From Octopus bimaculoides (Eukaryota): a stretch of 39,021 bases of DNA. Position numbers and translations under genes: made by a program. Shown here one piece after another: positions 23,339 to 33,334 of this stretch (position 1 is its first letter; every line of letters begins with the position of its first letter). The notes beneath the pieces were generated by a model that saw only the letters and a program-made list of their open reading frames with translations, made no database searches and was not told the origin of the DNA. Where the stretch lies: the NCBI RefSeq assembly GCF_001194135.2, contig NC_068995.1, forward strand, positions 34,256,196 to 34,295,216, given 5' to 3'.

Positions 23339-24270
23339 TTACCTTCTCCTTCTTCGGCTGCTGCTGCTTAAACCATCAAACTTCAGAACCAAATATATCT
23401 TTGCATCAATAAACACAATTTTTTTGATCTGCCACTATCAACCTAATGAGCCTTCAAAAAGGAAAGAGAGAGAGAGAGAGAGAGAGAGANNNNNNNNNNN
23501 NNNNNNNNNNNNNNNNNNNNNNNNNNNNNNNNNNNNNNNNNNNNNNNNNNNNNNNNNNNNNNNNNNNNNNNNNNNNNNNNNNNNNNNNNNNNNNNNNNNN
23601 NNNNNNNNNNNNNNNNNNNNNNNNNNNNNNNNNNNNNNNNNNNNNNNNNNNNNNNNNNNNNNNNNNNNNNNNNNNNNNNNNNNNNNNNNNNNNNNNNNNN
23701 NNNNNNNNNNNNNNNNNNNNNNNNNNNNNNNNNNNNNNNNNNNNNNNNNNNNNNNNNNNNNNNNNNNNNNNNNNNNNNNNNNNNNNNNNNNNNNNNNNNN
23801 NNNNNNNNNNNNNNNNNNNNNNNNNNNNNNNNNNNNNNNNNNNNNNNNNNNNNNNNNNNNNNNNNNNNNNNNNNNNNNNNNNNNNNNNNNNNNNNNNNNN
23901 NNNNNNNNNNNNNNNNNNNNNNNNNNNNNNNNNNNNNNNNNNNNNNNNNNNNNNNNNNNNNNNNNNNNNNNNNNNNNNNNNNNNNNNNNNNNNNNNNNNN
24001 NNNNNNNNNNNNNNNNNNNNNNNNNNNNNNNNNNNNNNNNNNNNNNNNNNNNNNNNNNNNNNNNNNNNNNNNNNNNNNNNNNNNNNNNNNNNNNNNNNNN
24101 NNNNNNNNNNNNNNNNNNNNNNNNNNNNNNNNNNNNNNNNNNNNNNNNNNNNNNNNNNNNNNNNNNNNNNNNNNNNNNNNNNNNNNNNNNNNNNNNNNNN
24201 NNNNNNNNNNNNNNNNNNNNNNNNNNNNNNNNNNNNNNNNNNNNNNNNNNNNNNNNNNNNNNNNNNNNNN

Positions 24271-24333
<63 letters not shown>

Positions 24334-24342
24334 TATCATCAT

Positions 24343-24700
24343 CATTATCATCATCATCACTGTCCAGTGAGAGAGTGTGTGTGTATTTTTTGTGCGTATG
24401 TGTACGTGTGTGTGTGTGCCTGTGTATCTGAAAGGAGTGTCAATGGAAAAGAGAAAGAAAGAAATCATTCTTTCCTTCTCTTTTCCATTGACACTCCTTT
24501 CAGATACACAGGCACANNNNNNNNNNNNNNNNNNNNNNNNNNNNNNNNNNNNNNNNNNNNNNNNNNNNNNNNNNNNNNNNNNNNNNNNNNNNNNNNNNNN
24601 NNNNNNCACACACACACACACACACACACGCACTCACACACACACACAAACACACAAAAACACACACACTCTCTCTCACTGAACAGTGATGATAATGATA
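24343..24700. repeat. Fold-back palindrome with a near-perfect ~48-bp central stem
   Basis: 24415-24463 is the reverse complement of 24468-24516 with one mismatch and loop ATCA. Outer (CAT)n-CACTG.CAGTGAGAGAG-(TG)n arms mirror each other. Confidence 0.85.
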
Positions 24701-24942
24701 AATAATAAGTCCAGGCAGTTTTTAAAAAAAAACAACTTTTATTATTCCTCATCAAAACAGACTCCCCTTGGAGTAGCCACCTGGTTTTGCCATTTTTAAA
24801 GACCAAGAGGCAAGACAAAATTTTCCTGTATTCATCGCCCGCAAACATCTCTGCTTGTAAACATTCAGTGACGCTCTACATAGTGCCGGTAACTTACTGG
24901 CTGCTATTTCTAACAATGATCGTACTTTGTGTGCATCCACTT

Positions 24943-24943
<1 letters not shown>

Positions 24944-25015
<72 letters not shown>
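24944..25015. repeat. (CTAT)n microsatellite
   Basis: Direct reading. Confidence 0.97.
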
Positions 25016-25017
<2 letters not shown>

Positions 25018-25206
25018 CTATATATAAATAATAAATGAGTATATGCATATATACGTACATGTATGTACATACTTACATCTACCTGTATATATAGATGCAT
25101 ATCTGGGTACAGGACATTGCAAACAATACGTAGACAAAGTGATAAACAGAGTACAGAAAACACACAGGCCACATAGAGAACATTTCCTTCATCAGCTGCC
25201 ACCATT
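25018..25206 (-). mobile_element. Truncated relative of the 11532-12445 pLTR-like repeat, carrying a CUGAUGA half-site
   Basis: Minus strand GGTGGCAG-CTGATGA-AGGAAATGTTCTCTATGT...TGTCCTGTACCCAGATATGCAT...GTAGATGTAAGTATGTACATAC matches blocks of 12174-12380; starts at a (GA)n tract. Confidence 0.65.
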
Positions 25207-25384
25207 ATCTCTCTCTCTATATATTTTATATATTATCATTATATACATTTAATATCTTTTAATATATNNNNNNNNNNACACACAGGCCACATAGAGAACA
25301 TTTCCTTCATCAGCTGCCACCATTCTCTCTCTCTATATATATTTTATATATTATCATTATATACATTTAATATCTTTTAATATA

Positions 25385-25408
25385 TTATGATTATTATTAT
25401 TATTATTG

Positions 25409-25468
<60 letters not shown>

Positions 25469-25525
25469 TAATCTGTCTATACCTATCTATCTATCTATCT
25501 ATCTATCTATTTATCTATCTATCTA

Positions 25526-25560
<35 letters not shown>

Positions 25561-25582
25561 ATCTGTCTGTCTGTCTGTCTAT
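25385..25582. repeat. (ATT)n/(CTAT)n/(CTGT)n compound microsatellite
   Basis: Direct reading. Confidence 0.95.
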
Positions 25583-25779
25583 TTATTTGATACGTTTGAC
25601 AGAGCTCCATATGACTTAAAGATTCACATGCGCACAAGATGTATTCCTTTCATTAGTCGATCGGACAAAAGCGAGAGAGTTGAGACAAATTCAGGACGGC
25701 TTCTAGATGCTGGTCAGTACAGGTCACGTGGTGTTAATGCTATGAAATCGACACAAGCTATTTTATATTTAGGCCAACG

Positions 25780-26945
25780 TGCTCGAACAAGATGCCGGCA
25801 TGATGCTGGCATCATTTTGTTTTCAGTGCCACATCTTTCGATCTTCTGTAAGGAATAGTGCACTGATCGTGCTAGGTAACTAAAACTGTCGACTTCCATG
25901 GGGACTTGCATATAATTCTTTGACAATTGTCCCAGAAATCAAGTCTTGATGTTTATCTTTCTCCAGTTGGCAAGAAATGTCAAGCCTGTCTTCCTAGGGC
26001 ACTGTGAATTCGGCTACCTTGATGGTTGCAGCGATGATGTTGTCACCTTTTCCAGAAATTTAAATATTTTCTTCAAATCCACTGGCATTTTCCACTCAGT
26101 GGATGCAAAGAAGAAACAGAATTCAGTGTTAATTCTGATACCTTGATGGTCGATGCGATGTTGCTGTCACTTTTTCCATAAATTCAAATATGTTCTTCAA
26201 ACCCGCTGGCATTTTCTACACAGTGGGTTGATGCAAAATAGAAATGGATCCCTACTGTTGCCTCAGCCTTAGGAGCTGTATAATATTTCCTTAAGAATTT
26301 AAATACTTTGGTTGGTGAACCCTGTTGCTTATTGACCTTAACTCTCCACAGGCAATTTGTGCAAGGACCTTGTCGTGTCTCGACTTGTCTTGTCCTTCTC
26401 CCATTGCCCTAAGACAACCAGTCAAATTGTAACTGAAAATGCATGAAGTTGCTCAATACTGTTTGCAAGATAGTTTCTCCTCTTTGACCCAGATTTCAAT
26501 GAGGTCATCTACAACAGGAAGGACAACTTTCTCTGGTCAGTACTGTAGAGTTATCTCCAATACAAAGGTCAATCAAGTGCCTGGACCCGTAGAGGTTTCT
26601 TCGCCTGGACAGTGAATACAGATTCACTGCTCAGGTCAAGAAATCTCTACGACTTTTACACTACCATCTTCTGTTGCCTTTCGGACACTTGCTCTCTAAG
26701 TTCATCAACGAACTCCAGCCTTTTGCTACTGACATGTCTTCCCTTTCTAGTATTTTAACCGCTACTACAAAAACCTTTGCATCGTGGAACTGATTGATCT
26801 CGTGCAACTATCACCCAGGTGTTCCTGACATAGTTCTTTTTGCTCTCGGGAATCGTATAGAATTCACTCAATAAGTTCCACATTAGCAGTTCATCCAATT
26901 TTTTCTCTCTCAGACGTTGGCCGTCTGCAAATCTCTACAAATAAA
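25780..26945 (-). pseudogene. Decayed C-terminal zinc-knuckle/RLE endonuclease region of a Hero/R2-like non-LTR element
   Basis: Minus strand VLP..DL..IW..EE..SC...LTGCLRAMGEG..KSRHDKVLAQIA, WKMPVDLKK, EFTVP*EDR (ELTVPWE-like) and PMEVDS (PVEVG-like). Confidence 0.8.
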
Positions 26946-26950
26946 TGCTT

Positions 26951-27114
26951 TATTTACATTATTTACATTATTTACATTTGACGGATATTTGTCCCCATCT
27001 TGCTTGTTGTTAACACAACGTCTTCGCTGATATACCTTCCGGCCTTCATCAGGTGTCTTGGGGAAATTTCGAACCTAGGTTCTCATTCCTAAGGTATTTT
27101 TCGATATCATCATT

Positions 27115-27179
<65 letters not shown>

Positions 27180-27551
27180 CATCATCATCATNNNNNNNNN
27201 NNNNNNNNNNNNNNNNNNNNNNNNNNNNNNNNNNNNNNNNNNNNNNNNNNNNNNNNNNNNNNNNNNNNNNNNNNNNNNNNNNNNNNNNNNNNNNNNNNNN
27301 NNNNNNNNNNNNNNNNNNNNNNNNNNNNNNNNNNNNNNNNNNNNNNNNNNNNNNNNNNNNNNNNNNNNNNNNNNNNNNNNNNNNNNNNNNNNNNNNNNNN
27401 NNNNNNNNNNNNNNNNNNNNNNNNNNNNNNNNNNNNNNNNNNNNNNNNNNNNNNNNNNNNNNNNNNNNNNNNNNNNNNNNNNNNNNNNNNNNNNNNNNNN
27501 NNNNNNNNNNNNNNNNNNNNNNNNNCTAAGGTATTTTTCGATATCATCATT

Positions 27552-27607
<56 letters not shown>

Positions 27608-27615
27608 CATCATCA

Positions 27616-27682
<67 letters not shown>

Positions 27683-27693
27683 AGTCACTGCCT
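26951..27693 (-). mobile_element. SINE-like element with hammerhead tail, minus copy of a head-to-head pair
   Basis: Reverse complement of 27708-27901; contains expanded (AAT)n/(ATG)n and a probable artefactual gap duplication. Confidence 0.8.
27012..27057 (-). ncRNA. Degenerate minimal hammerhead
   Basis: GACAC-CUGAUGA-A-GGCCGG-AAGGUAUA-UCAGC-GAAGA-CGUU-GUGUU; GAAA is disrupted and stem II is imperfect. Confidence 0.5.
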
Positions 27694-27930
27694 GAGTTCG
27701 ATTCCATGCAGTGACCTGAATAATAATAATAATGATAACAACAACAACAACAACAACATCGGAAAATACCTTAGGAATGAGAACCCAGGTTCGAAATTTC
27801 CCCAAGACACCTGATGAAGCCTGGAGGGTATATCAGTCGAAACGTTGTGTTAACAACAAACAAGATGTGGACAAATATCCGTTAAATGTAAATAATGTAA
27901 ACAATTCCGCATCTCTTAAATATAGAACTG
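27692..27930 (+). mobile_element. 5'-truncated SINE-like element: B-box, (AAT)n(AAC)n and hammerhead tail
   Basis: GTTCGATTC B-box at 27696-27704, simple repeat, then ATCGGAAAATACCTTAGG...GACACCTGATGAAG...CGAAACGTTGTGTT...GACAAATATCCG. Confidence 0.8.
27806..27851 (+). ncRNA. Minimal type I hammerhead ribozyme with intact core
   Basis: Stem I GACAC 27806-27810 / GUGUU 27847-27851; CUGAUGA 27811-27817; extra A; stem II GCCUGG/UCAGUC (one mismatch); GAAA 27839-27842; palindromic AACGUU stem III; GUU cleavage triplet. Confidence 0.72.
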
Positions 27931-28965
27931 TATTAAGTAAATGCTTTTCCCTACAGCTGTCGATTTGGAAGCGTTGAGAACAACATTAATCGCTCCAAAG
28001 GACCTGTGTAGTCCATAGATACTGCTACTTCTCCAAGAATAAACCAATGAAAAAATACATACACATATATCTAAGCTGTAATTCAGCTCAAATGATTTTA
28101 AGCAAGAAGAGAAGTATGTTGTAGATGGAGAGAGATCAGTGACAATTATAGGATACAAACTCACGGCTCTTTTCTGAAGAGGCCAATACATTATTTGTTC
28201 AACCATTACGATACGTCGCCCCATCACTCTTGATCTGTGACATTATTTATTATTCTCTGTGTGAATTTAATGAAATCAGATGGGAGGAAAGGAAGATAAT
28301 GATATAATAGATATATTTTTTAGCGTTCATATAAATGTGAAATATCGTGGCATTTGTAGACCGATCACAGACACATATGGTTGCGAAAATGTCAACATCA
28401 TCTTTGGCGCACAAAACACCATCAGCATCATTGTCATCATAGTCATCATTATTACCACCACCACCACCACCACCACCAATCACCACCACCACCACCACCN
28501 NNNNNNNNNNNNNNNNNNNNNNNNNNNNNNNNNNNNNNNNNNNNNNNNNNNNNNNNNNNNNNNNNNNNNNNNNNNNNNNNNNNNNNNNNNNNNNNNNNNN
28601 NNNNNNNNNNNNNNNNNNNNNNNNNNNNNNNNNNNNNNNNNNNNNNNNNNNNNNNNNNNNNNNNNNNNNNNNNNNNNNNNNNNNNNNNNNNNNNNNNNNN
28701 NNNNNNNNNNNNNNNNNNNNNNNNNNNNNNNNNNNNNNNNNNNNNNNNNNNNNNNNNNNNNNNNNNNNNNNNNNNNNNNNNNNNNNNNNNNNNNNNNNNN
28801 NNNNNNNNNNNNNNNNNNNNNNNNNNNNNNNNNNNNNNNNNNNNNNNNNNNNNNNNNNNNNNNNNNNNNNNNNNNNNNNNNNNNNNNNNNNNNNNNNNNN
28901 NNNNNNNNNNNNNNNNNNNATTATTATTATTATTATTATCATCATCATCATTATTATTATTATTG

Positions 28966-29137
28966 AAGGCAGTGGACTGGCAGAATGGTTTGCACATCGG
29001 ACATAATGCCCGGCAATATTACTTTCGGCTTTATGTTCTGAGTTCAAATTTCATGGAAGCCTTTCCGCCTTTCAGGTTCGAAAACTAAAAGTACCTGTCA
29101 AGTACAAGGGTCAACAGCATCGACTCAGCGCTCCCCT
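28966..29137 (+). mobile_element. SINE family A, diverged copy
   Basis: AAGGCAGTGGACTGGCAGAATGG...TTCTGAGTTCAAATTTC...CCTTTCAGGTTCGAAAACTAAAAGTACC. Confidence 0.8.
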
Positions 29138-29366
29138 TAATATTAGAGAAAATTCTTATTATTGTCTTTGTACCAGTAATACAGACACGAGGGCTTTTTT
29201 TGTAAGTTTGCTGCTTGTTTTTCTATTTTTAGATGATTTTCGTTACACATTTTATATTCAAGGTAACAACGAGAATAGTAGATTCGTCGTTTCCTTTGTT
29301 TCTTGCTTCTTTAGGCTTTAAATAATTTTGCAAAATTACCGAAATTCTTTCAAACACAATAGACGA

Positions 29367-29500
29367 GGTGCCGGAATGGCTGTGCAACCACGTGGTTTCC
29401 AGTTTAGTCCCACTGCCCAGCACCTTGGACAAGTGGCTTCTACTATAGCACTGGATCAACCAGTGCTTTGTGAGGGAATTTGATTGACAGAGACTTGTTA
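29367..29500 (+). mobile_element. SINE family B, diverged 5' part
   Basis: GGAATGGCTGTG..CAACCACGTGGTTTCCAGTTTAGTCCCACTG...CACCTTGGACAAGTGGCTTCTACTATAGC. Confidence 0.78.
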
Positions 29501-29564
29501 AGTGTGTGTGTGTGTGTGTGTTTTATATATAACGAAATGTTATCACCACGCAGTGTTTAGACAA

Positions 29565-30175
29565 GCAAAATTTAGGTTAGTTAAAATATGCTTGTGACAT
29601 ATTTCAAATGCTAAAAGGCAAGTTCACTGCAATTACCGTAGAGAAAATATCTTTCTTATGGTAAAAAGGTGTGAAAACACCCGGTTTGTTCAGTGTCACC
29701 ATCTATATTGTAATAACGAAATGTTAGCGCGAAATGACTTTTTTTTTTTACCATAAGAGAGATATTTTCTCCACGGTAACTTCAGTGAATTTGCTTTTCG
29801 CAGCTGAAATACGTCACATACATATTTTAACTAATCTAAATTTTTCTTATGCCTAAATACTGCTTGGCGCAAATATTTCGATATTTTACTCGATCAGGCG
29901 ATCTACCAGCAGAAATCAGTCAACGTTATTGAATGAATTTTACATAAAGCTATTGCTTTATAAGTTTGTTCAGAGTTGCCTCCTTTAGGTACATCCCATT
30001 GATAAGAGTAAAGAAACTCGAAACATCGCTGTCTGAGGTTCCTAGGAGATGGTGACACTACAAAAAACCGGATGTTTTCACAACTTTTTACCATAAGAGA
30101 GATATTTTCTCCACGGTAACTGCAGTGAATTTGCCTTAAAGCAGGTGAAATATGTGACAAGCATATTTTAATTGA
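29565..30175. mobile_element. MITE-like element with ~130-bp terminal inverted repeats and an extra internal arm
   Basis: 29575-29705 is the inverse of 30047-30175; 29745-29850 is a second copy of the right arm. Confidence 0.75.
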
Positions 30176-30327
30176 CTTGGGCTTGCTTACAGAGAATAAG
30201 TCTTAGGGTCTACGAAAAGAATGAAGCAAGTAAAAGAATAAAAAGAATATATATATATATATATATTGTAGAAGTCACTTGCCGAAGGTGCTACGCATAC
30301 ATACATACATACATACATACATACGTA

Positions 30328-30347
30328 CAACTGAAAGAAGCCTGTCG

Positions 30348-30387
<40 letters not shown>

Positions 30388-30855
30388 NNNNNNNNNNNNN
30401 NNNNNNNNNNNNNNNNNNNNNNNNNNNNNNNNNNNNNNNNNNNNNNNNNNNNNNNNNNNNNNNNNNNNNNNNNNNNNNNNNNNNNNNNNNNNNNNNNNNN
30501 NNNNNNNNNNNNNNNNNNNNNNNNNNNNNNNNNNNNNNNNNNNNNNNNNNNNNNNNNNNNNNNNNNNNNNNNNNNNNNNNNNNNNNNNNNNNNNNNNNNN
30601 NNNNNNNNNNNNNNNNNNNNNNNNNNNNNNNNNNNNNNNNNNNNNNNNNNNNNNNNNNNNNNNNNNNNNNNNNNNNNNNNNNNNNNNNNNNNNNNNNNNN
30701 NNNNNNNNNNNNNNNNNNNNNNNNNNNNNNNNNNNNNNNNNNNNNNNNNNNNNNNNNNNNNNNNNNNNNNNNNNNNNNNNNNNNNNNNNNNNNNNNNNNN
30801 NNNNNNNNNNNNNNNNNNNNNNNNNNNNNNNNNNNNNNNNNNNNNNNNNNNNNNN

Positions 30856-30904
<49 letters not shown>

Positions 30905-31030
30905 GCTTTTCAACCATTGTTAGCTTATGTCCCCGCAATTAAACGGTTCGTCAAAAAAAGTTCCATAGTTAAGAATACATGAACTAGGATCTATTTATTC
31001 GACTAAACCCTTCGACGTGGTCCATTCCAT
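30328..31030 (+). mobile_element. SINE family B, middle and 3' parts spanning an N-gap
   Basis: AACTGAAAGAAGCCTGTCGTATAT before the gap and TTATGTCCCCGCAATTAAACGGTTCGTC...CGACTAAA after it match 15010-15255. Confidence 0.6.
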
Positions 31031-33219
31031 GAAGCAAGAAGATGGCGGCAAGTTAGAATATCAACCAGAGTGAAGATCGCGAAAGANNNNNNNNNNAGAA
31101 CCGAAACAAATTTCCAGGAAAAAATGAAACTAATGTTCGTCCAGTGATATCAGCACTGCATACACAGCCATGATTGTAAGCGATAAGTCTCTGAAGGTAA
31201 ATAGAGATACTACCACTATTATCACCAATTCTGTTATTACTGTTGTTACTATAGTGACGATTGTAATAACACCATCGCCACTTTCAGTTCATAATACACA
31301 AACCATCTTTCACAGAACTACACACCATCGCAACCACAAGTCAATTATAATCAACGGGCGATGAAGAAAATGAAAGCTGTATCAAACTGTATTATTATAT
31401 GTGTTATGATGTTTTGGTCCAATATGATTAAGAGTTCGAATTTAATCGGAGTTAAATGTTCCGTTTATTTTGAAGGATTTGTATTTTATTTCTACTACAA
31501 AACTTTTGTGAAACGTAAAAATAGCAGCTCTAATTGATAATCTCTTTCATATTAGAAAATGTCATCCTTTATGCTTCTTAATTCTAGGGAATTAAGTTCA
31601 CTAAACTATCAAATATATTTCTTAACAATCCAATATCTCCTCCCTCATTCAATTACATCTCTCTAATACGTGATTTCACACCTTCGTCTCGGTGCATGAC
31701 ATATCCATTGATACAAGCGAAGCGCCATTGGCCCTTTATCTCTTCATCATGCACTCCTCTTATAGCCTCAGAGCACGTCACTCTTATATTTTTCTTCTTT
31801 ATATACATCTGACAAGCTTGCTATAGCCCTGGCTCTAAATGTTGTATGCGATATACAGCATGTCATTACTTGCTTAGCATGTAGCAAAGGTTATCTTAAT
31901 GATTCCATTCGTAGATATATTTCCTCTGAATTAAGCCATAGTCACCAAGTGCATTACCACAAAACCAAGTTGTGCTATTTATAACTTTCGTAGATCTTTT
32001 TATTCAATAATTTCTCATGCGTCAAACTTTTCATTGGCTCTTACGTTAATCGAAATATTCAATGCTATTTTATCGTCGTTCAACTTTTACTCAAGATCCA
32101 CAAACCATGTTTGGTAGTTCGCATCTAATCTGATGTTACCATTTCCTTTTAGCTTGAACATTCTCAGTGAAGTGAAGACTCATTTCCAGTACACAGAGTA
32201 TATAACAAGAACTAACATTTGTAGACGATAAAGAGATCAAACAAGAGAGAAACAATCAGTTTTCTCGAAGTCATTAGTTACGTTAATAAAATGAAAGAAT
32301 CCCAGTTACGAATTGGAATCGTATTACGGAATCAATTCGCGAAATAGTACTTCTTACTCTACAGCACATACCATTCTATCAATAAATACTTTCTACTGTG
32401 GATGCTCAATACAAATTATCATAGAGGAAGTATATTGTGGACTGGACATCAATAATAACATCTATTCTGTCATATTCTTTAGTTTAGGTCTAAATAATTA
32501 TGATTCTGGAACGAACAGACTTATTTCTTAACTAAAGACATTGTGTAAAAACTGAGGTCAAGTCAGCCTTGTGGAAATTCATATTTCCAAGACTATTGAT
32601 ATCAAACTTAAATTTATGTTTCTCATGTTTATAAAGTAAAACAGCTTAACCGGCGTTCGGAACCTATGTTGAAGATTCAATCTACTGAAACGTATATTGA
32701 CTGCAAAAAATGATAGATATTAATATAAGAATGTAAATTGGCATTATAATCACCATATGAACGTTTAACTATTCAGAGATCATGGCAAAATTATCTAAAA
32801 TGTTAACAAAAAAAAAAGGAACAACAAATCGCTCCTTCTTTGTCTATGTCTATATATANNNNNNNNNNNNNNNNNNNNNNNNNNNNNNNNNNNNNNNNNN
32901 NNNNNNNNNNNNNNNNNNNNNNNNNNNNNNNNNNNNNNNNNNNNNNNNNNNNNNNNNNNNNNNNNNNNNNNNNNNNNNNNNNNNNNNNNNNNNNNNNNNN
33001 NNNNNNNNNNNNNNNNNNNNNNNNNNNNNNNNNNNNNNNTTAAATTAAGTTTCACGGAATAAAATATATATAAATATATAGTATTAGGCAAAAGAACCAA
33101 GGTTTATGAACTCATCGATGAAAATCCACTGTCACATATAGAAAAAATTTATAATTAAAAGTACAATAAATAAGTATAATATAATACAAAGTAAATATCA
33201 TAAGATCAAGATAATAAAA

Positions 33220-33334
33220 TGACTACACGTGTTTCATAACCAATTTTCAAATAGAAAGAAATTTAAATCGATTAAAATCGATTAAAACTATCGAAAATCA
33301 ATTCTATTCAAAAATATAGCTAAACTTCAGGTCA
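33220..33334 (-). ncRNA. Decayed hammerhead with long AU-rich stem II
   Basis: UGAC-CUGAAG(U)...long imperfect helix (UAGCUA/UGGUUA, GAAUAGAA/UUCUAUUU)...GAAA-CACGUGUA-GUCA; palindromic ACACGUGU stem III; GUA triplet; stem I UGAC/GUCA; 3' end of core damaged. Confidence 0.55.

Larger units (their letters stand above)
21180..23465. mobile_element. Head-to-head inverted Penelope-like (Neptune-type) insertion
   Basis: Minus arm 22670 to 21180: LYSNI (motif A remnant), GTAMGTRMAPSFANLVMGY (motif B), WKRYLNDFFI (motif C, DD degraded), LPFLDILV..YKPTDSKQYLPFNSCHPRH, RPNCGIC linker, NFTCTSENLIYVLTCSGC (EN start). Plus arm 22671 to 23465 repeats the EN (ENLIYMLTCSGC.E*YIGQTK...VHK...LSKHIDIC) and 3' UTR. 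21359-21477 is the inverse of 23328-23448. Confidence 0.9.

Noticed and set aside
23443-23466. CTAATGA-GCCTT-CAAA-AAGG-AAAG hammerhead-like relic at the end of the plus PLE arm
   Set aside because: G5 is mutated, GAAA and stem III are lost into (GA)n, and the inverted copy does not share it.
25162-25384. Near-identical ~105-bp direct duplication
   Set aside because: Copies are separated only by a 10-N gap, so this is most likely unmerged contig overlap.
27526-27620. Repeat of 27089-27191 after the gap
   Set aside because: Same sequence on both sides of an N-gap; probable assembly artefact.
26951-27930. Spaced repeats as a possible CRISPR array
   Set aside because: Eukaryotic context; the repeats are inverted retroelement copies and microsatellites, with no repeat-spacer periodicity or cas genes.
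32664-32698. TTGAAGA...GAAACGTA hammerhead-like pattern
   Set aside because: Core has C3 mutated, no stem II can be formed, and stem I is weak.
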